Positions 60,403-64,000 of a stretch of DNA of 64,000 bases are shown here, in pieces. Origin of the DNA: a virus; the IMG/VR virus record IMGVR_UViG_3300007609_000005, positions 32,001-96,000 of that record, one strand, 5' to 3'. The notes beneath the pieces are model-generated. The model was not told the DNA's origin and searched no databases. It saw only the letters and a list, made by a program, of their open reading frames with translations. A program made the position numbers and the translations under genes. Position 1 is the first letter of the stretch, and the number at the start of each line of letters is the position of its first letter.

Positions 60403-61460
60403 ACACAGAATATTATGATATACTAGGCGTGAATAAAAATGCCACAAAAGATGAAATTAAAAAAGCATATCGTAAGATGGCAGTTAAATATCATCCAGAT
60501 AAGAACCCTGATAATCCAGAGGCAGAGGACAAATTTAAAAAGGCTGCCGAAGCATATGAAGTTTTATCAGATGATAATAAGAAACAACAGTATGACCGAT
60601 TCGGTAAAGCCGGGTCCGGACAAGGCTTTGGTGGTGGATTTTCCATGGATGATATTTTTAGCCAATTCGGTGATATATTCGGTGGTGGTTTCGGTGGTGG
60701 TGGTTTCGGTGGACAAACTCACCGAAGAAGAAGAAGAGGTAACGACCTAAGAATAAACGTAGAACTTACACTTAATGATATTATAAATGGTTGCACAAAA
60801 AAACTAAAATACACAAGAAAAGTTGAGTGTTCAAGTTGTAATGGACAAGGTGGGACAGATGTGGTGAATTGTGGTCAGTGCAAGGGTTCTGGGCATGTTG
60901 TTTATACACAACAAACAAACTTCGGAACAATACAACAGTCATATACCTGCCCAAAATGTCAAGGTGAGGGAAACGAAATCAAAAATGTATGTGGTAGTTG
61001 TAATGGATCAGGAACAAAAAAGAGTACCGAAATAATTGAAGTTGAAATACCTAAGGGAGCAACTGAGGGAACATATTTAAAAAAGCCACTATCCGGACAT
61101 TACACGAAAAATGGAGATTTTGGTGACCTACATATACAAATATCTGAAAAACCTGAATTCAATTACATAAGAGATGGATTAAATTTAGTCCATATTGAAA
61201 CTATTTCAATTATTGATGCTATAATTGGATGTAAAAAAGAACTTACACTACCAGATGGAACAAAAACCACATATAAGATCAACCCGGGGACTGAACACGG
61301 ATCTGATGTCGTATTACGTGGAAAAGGGATTCCTGATGTCAATGGGCATTACCAACCAGGAGACATTGTTATACGTTTTGGTATAAATATCCCAACAAGT
61401 ATAACAAGAGAAGAAAGGGAATTAGTAGAACAATTAAGAAACCATAAAAACTTTAAATAA
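60399..61460 (+). CDS. dnaJ: Chaperone DnaJ
   Basis: HPD J-domain, G/F region, four CxxCxGxG. Confidence 0.97.
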   Translation: MNTEYYDILGVNKNATKDEIKKAYRKMAVKYHPDKNPDNPEAEDKFKKAAEAYEVLSDDNKKQQYDRFGKAGSGQGFGGGFSMDDIFSQFGDIFGGGFGGGGFGGQTHRRRRRGNDLRINVELTLNDIINGCTKKLKYTRKVECSSCNGQGGTDVVNCGQCKGSGHVVYTQQTNFGTIQQSYTCPKCQGEGNEIKNVCGSCNGSGTKKSTEIIEVEIPKGATEGTYLKKPLSGHYTKNGDFGDLHIQISEKPEFNYIRDGLNLVHIETISIIDAIIGCKKELTLPDGTKTTYKINPGTEHGSDVVLRGKGIPDVNGHYQPGDIVIRFGINIPTSITREERELVEQLRNHKNFK

Positions 61461-62128
61461 TGAGAGACTTATTCCATTTTGATATTGAAACAGCAGGAAA
61501 TTACCCCACTTGGGATGAATTTGAACTTAATGACCAAAGAGGTGCAGACCTATTCAGAAAGAAATATGATAACTATTGGATAGAAAGATATGATACAATA
61601 GAAGAAGCATATACTTCACTTGCACCAGTAGTTTCTACATTCGGTAGAATCTGTTGTATATCTTGTGGTTATTGGAGTGGCGATGAGAAACGTATAAGGT
61701 CATCCACTTCCACTACCAATGACGAAAAGGATATATTATTAGACTTTAAGAAAACACTTGAACAGATTGAAGTTAAGAACTTTGATCTCACTGGCTTTCG
61801 AATACGATATTTCGACATCCCATTTGTTTTACACCGAATGCACAAATATGACATAAAACCACCTTCAATACTTCAAATATATGATAAAAAGCCTTGGGAG
61901 ATGAGAGTCCGGGATATTTCGGATGATTGGAGGCAAAGTTTTGCACGAGCATTCTCATTCGATGAAGTGTGTTATGAGTTGGACTTGGAAAGTCCGAAGG
62001 ATGAAATTAATGGATCAGAAGTCCATAATGAGTTTTGGAAACAAACACCCCAATCACTTGAAAGAATAAAAGTATATTGTGAAAAGGATGTTTCTTCTTC
62101 CCTTGATGTTGAACGTAAAATGTATTAA
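61460..62128 (+). CDS. PolB-like 3'-5' exonuclease (DEDD)
   Basis: FDIET, FDIPF, YCEKDV. Confidence 0.85.
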   Translation: MRDLFHFDIETAGNYPTWDEFELNDQRGADLFRKKYDNYWIERYDTIEEAYTSLAPVVSTFGRICCISCGYWSGDEKRIRSSTSTTNDEKDILLDFKKTLEQIEVKNFDLTGFRIRYFDIPFVLHRMHKYDIKPPSILQIYDKKPWEMRVRDISDDWRQSFARAFSFDEVCYELDLESPKDEINGSEVHNEFWKQTPQSLERIKVYCEKDVSSSLDVERKMY

Positions 62129-62217
62129 TCATGACTGATTCAGCCACAGCAAGAGATAACTCCATAGTGTACTCGGAATATATTTTTAAAAGATTATAAT
62201 ATCCAAAGCAATAAAAA

Positions 62218-62568
62218 ATGAAAGGAAAAAAGAAATTTTTTTATAACGAAGAAGAATTAGATAGAATTCTAATAAACATAATAAACTCAGATAAGAGTTA
62301 CATCAAAAAGGTTAAAGCACTCGAAAAATATACCAAAAGTGCCAAGGAAAATCGATACGGTAAATGGGAATTGGGTGGTGCAGAAGAAATGGAACACATA
62401 TGTGAATATTTTGACTCTGAATATGAACTTATTGAACGGGGGCACCAACTTGAAAAGGAATCCAAAAAATCCGCAGATATAGATGTAACAAAGTTATGGG
62501 TCACAAAACCAGATGGAACTGAATATTGCCTTTGTGATAAACTATGGGAACGTAATCTTGAATTTTAA
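62218..62568 (+). CDS. Hypothetical protein
   Basis: 116 aa ORF. Confidence 0.65.
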   Translation: MKGKKKFFYNEEELDRILINIINSDKSYIKKVKALEKYTKSAKENRYGKWELGGAEEMEHICEYFDSEYELIERGHQLEKESKKSADIDVTKLWVTKPDGTEYCLCDKLWERNLEF

Positions 62569-62571
62569 TAC

Positions 62572-62742
62572 ATGAGCAATGAAGGAGAATATAACCCAGA
62601 TAAAGAGTTTACCAAACATGAATTGGCATTAGAAGTGTTAAAACTTGTTAATAATTTCAAATCTGATAATTATGAACTTAGTGAAGATGATAAATTGGCA
62701 GTACTCGCCAAATTGGTCAGTAAAAATTTAGATAATAGGTAA
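62572..62742 (+). CDS. Hypothetical protein (56 aa)
   Basis: Manual translation MSNEGEYNPDKEF...SKNLDNR. Confidence 0.55.
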   Translation: MSNEGEYNPDKEFTKHELALEVLKLVNNFKSDNYELSEDDKLAVLAKLVSKNLDNR

Positions 62743-62744
62743 TA

Positions 62745-63017
62745 CTACTTGCCATCAAGTATAGCATTAAGTTTATTATTTCTAGTAGCCTTTGCATCAA
62801 TCGTAAGCCAATGTACGCCTAGTTCAGTATACTTATCAAGTGCTATGACGTAACAGTTGTATGAATACCATTCTTCATTGGTTTCCTTAGAAATGTTGTG
62901 AATAATTGATGTTATACGAACTTTATTTTCACTAAATATTTCTTTAGTTGCATTTTCTCTGAAACTAAAGCTACAATCACAAATATCACCCACCATGAAT
63001 TTTGGTTTCTTTTCCAT
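62745..63017 (-). CDS. Hypothetical protein with C-terminal motif
   Basis: MEKKPKF start after TAnnTTTG (63023-63030, minus); ends RNNKLNAILDGK. Confidence 0.7.
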   Translation of the reverse strand: MEKKPKFMVGDICDCSFSFRENATKEIFSENKVRITSIIHNISKETNEEWYSYNCYVIALDKYTELGVHWLTIDAKATRNNKLNAILDGK

Positions 63018-63054
63018 ACTTACAAATATAAAAATTATTCTACAATTTCGAAAT

Positions 63055-64000
63055 CTATAATTCCAACATAAAAACACTCCCTTCTTCTTTGAATAAATAG
63101 TTCTGATATGCATCTTCTGCCAGAAATGGTGTCATTGGTGCTAAGACTCTCAACATCTTATCTACACAATTCTTCAAAACATATTGACAATTCCGCCTCT
63201 CATTACTATCAAGATCATATTCATATAGGAATGATTTTGTTGCATCGTCAAGGTAGAAACTCGACAACTCAGATACCCATGTAACCAATTCTCTTAGTAC
63301 GAATTTAAATTCATACTCTTCATAATATTTCATAGAATCAACATACATTTTATTTGTCATATCCAATACTTTCTTACCTCTATCAGATAAGTCGAGTGTA
63401 TGGTCAACATCATAGCCATACATATTACCTAATAAGTATTTCATTGTATTTCGTAACTTGAAGTAATAACTAGCACATGTCTTTAATACATCATCACCGA
63501 GTGTTACATCATTCCCATAACTTGTCTGCGCCACCCACAACCTCAACACATCAGTATTGAACTTATCTTGTACATCTTTTGGATCAACAACATTCTTCAT
63601 TGATTTACTCATCTTATGACCATTTTGATCAAGAACAAACCCATGTGTAAGAACCTTTTTATAAGGGGCTTTACCCATCGATGCAACAGATGTTAAGAGA
63701 GATGATTGGTACCACCCTCTGAACTGATCAGAGCCTTCGAGGTAGAGGTCTGAAACTTTACCATCCATAACAGACAACCAAGACGACCCAGAGTCAAACC
63801 ACACATCCAACGTATAAGTACATTTTTCCAACCCCATATTATGAAATTCAGTTGGTAGGAGTTCTTTATCTGTCATAGAAAACCACACATCTGAACCAAG
63901 TTCATTAAATAACTTATATAGATGTTTGTAAACTTTATCATCAGTGAATGGGTTTCCGTCTTTTAAGAAAACTGCCAACGGAAACCCCCATTGTCTTTGC
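63055..64000 (-). CDS. ileS: Isoleucyl-tRNA synthetase, C-terminal part (5' end outside window)
   Basis: QRQWGFP, LDVWFDSG, EGSDQFRGW, THGF, KMSKS, RNTMKYLLGN; ends without a C-terminal zinc finger. Confidence 0.92.
   Translation of the reverse strand, partial: QRQWGFPLAVFLKDGNPFTDDKVYKHLYKLFNELGSDVWFSMTDKELLPTEFHNMGLEKCTYTLDVWFDSGSSWLSVMDGKVSDLYLEGSDQFRGWYQSSLLTSVASMGKAPYKKVLTHGFVLDQNGHKMSKSMKNVVDPKDVQDKFNTDVLRLWVAQTSYGNDVTLGDDVLKTCASYYFKLRNTMKYLLGNMYGYDVDHTLDLSDRGKKVLDMTNKMYVDSMKYYEEYEFKFVLRELVTWVSELSSFYLDDATKSFLYEYDLDSNERRNCQYVLKNCVDKMLRVLAPMTPFLAEDAYQNYLFKEEGSVFMLEL

Noticed and set aside
56905-61460. Window being a bacterial chromosome because of dnaK/dnaJ/aaRS/folA
   Set aside because: Housekeeping genes are truncated and interleaved with orphans, alongside a T4-like topoisomerase, homing endonucleases and phage-type promoters.
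1-64000. Stop-codon reassignment, as in some jumbo phages
   Set aside because: Conserved genes translate full-length in code 11, and TAA, TAG and TGA all terminate genes at expected positions.

Overview
This AT-rich (roughly 30% GC by eye), densely coding window appears to come from a very large (jumbo/huge) tailed phage of a Bacteroidota host. Evidence: T4-like split topoisomerase II, free-standing homing-endonuclease-like genes, many orphan ORFs, about 15 Bacteroidota TAnnTTTG promoters and a T9SS-tailed protein. Host-like genes include dnaK, grpE, dnaJ, prs, folA, a CCA-adding enzyme, an RNA ligase, a DNA cytosine methylase and three class Ia aminoacyl-tRNA synthetases. Five observations stand out. 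(1) About 20 otherwise unrelated proteins end in a shared C-terminal helix motif R-x-x-(K)-[LI]-x-x-[LI]-L. (2) A non-overlapping set of about 25 proteins behind TATATA promoters starts with an MKHLKKFNE-type peptide resembling the T4 capsid-targeting sequence; this set includes enzymes. (3) ValRS and LeuRS are miniaturised, with the CP1 editing domain deleted. (4) A Val-codon-rich leader peptide with terminator/antiterminator precedes the phage valS. (5) Three promoter classes recur, including an AAAC-N18-TATA motif. No tRNA, rRNA or CRISPR array was recognised by eye. All product calls come from manual motif recognition, not database searches.
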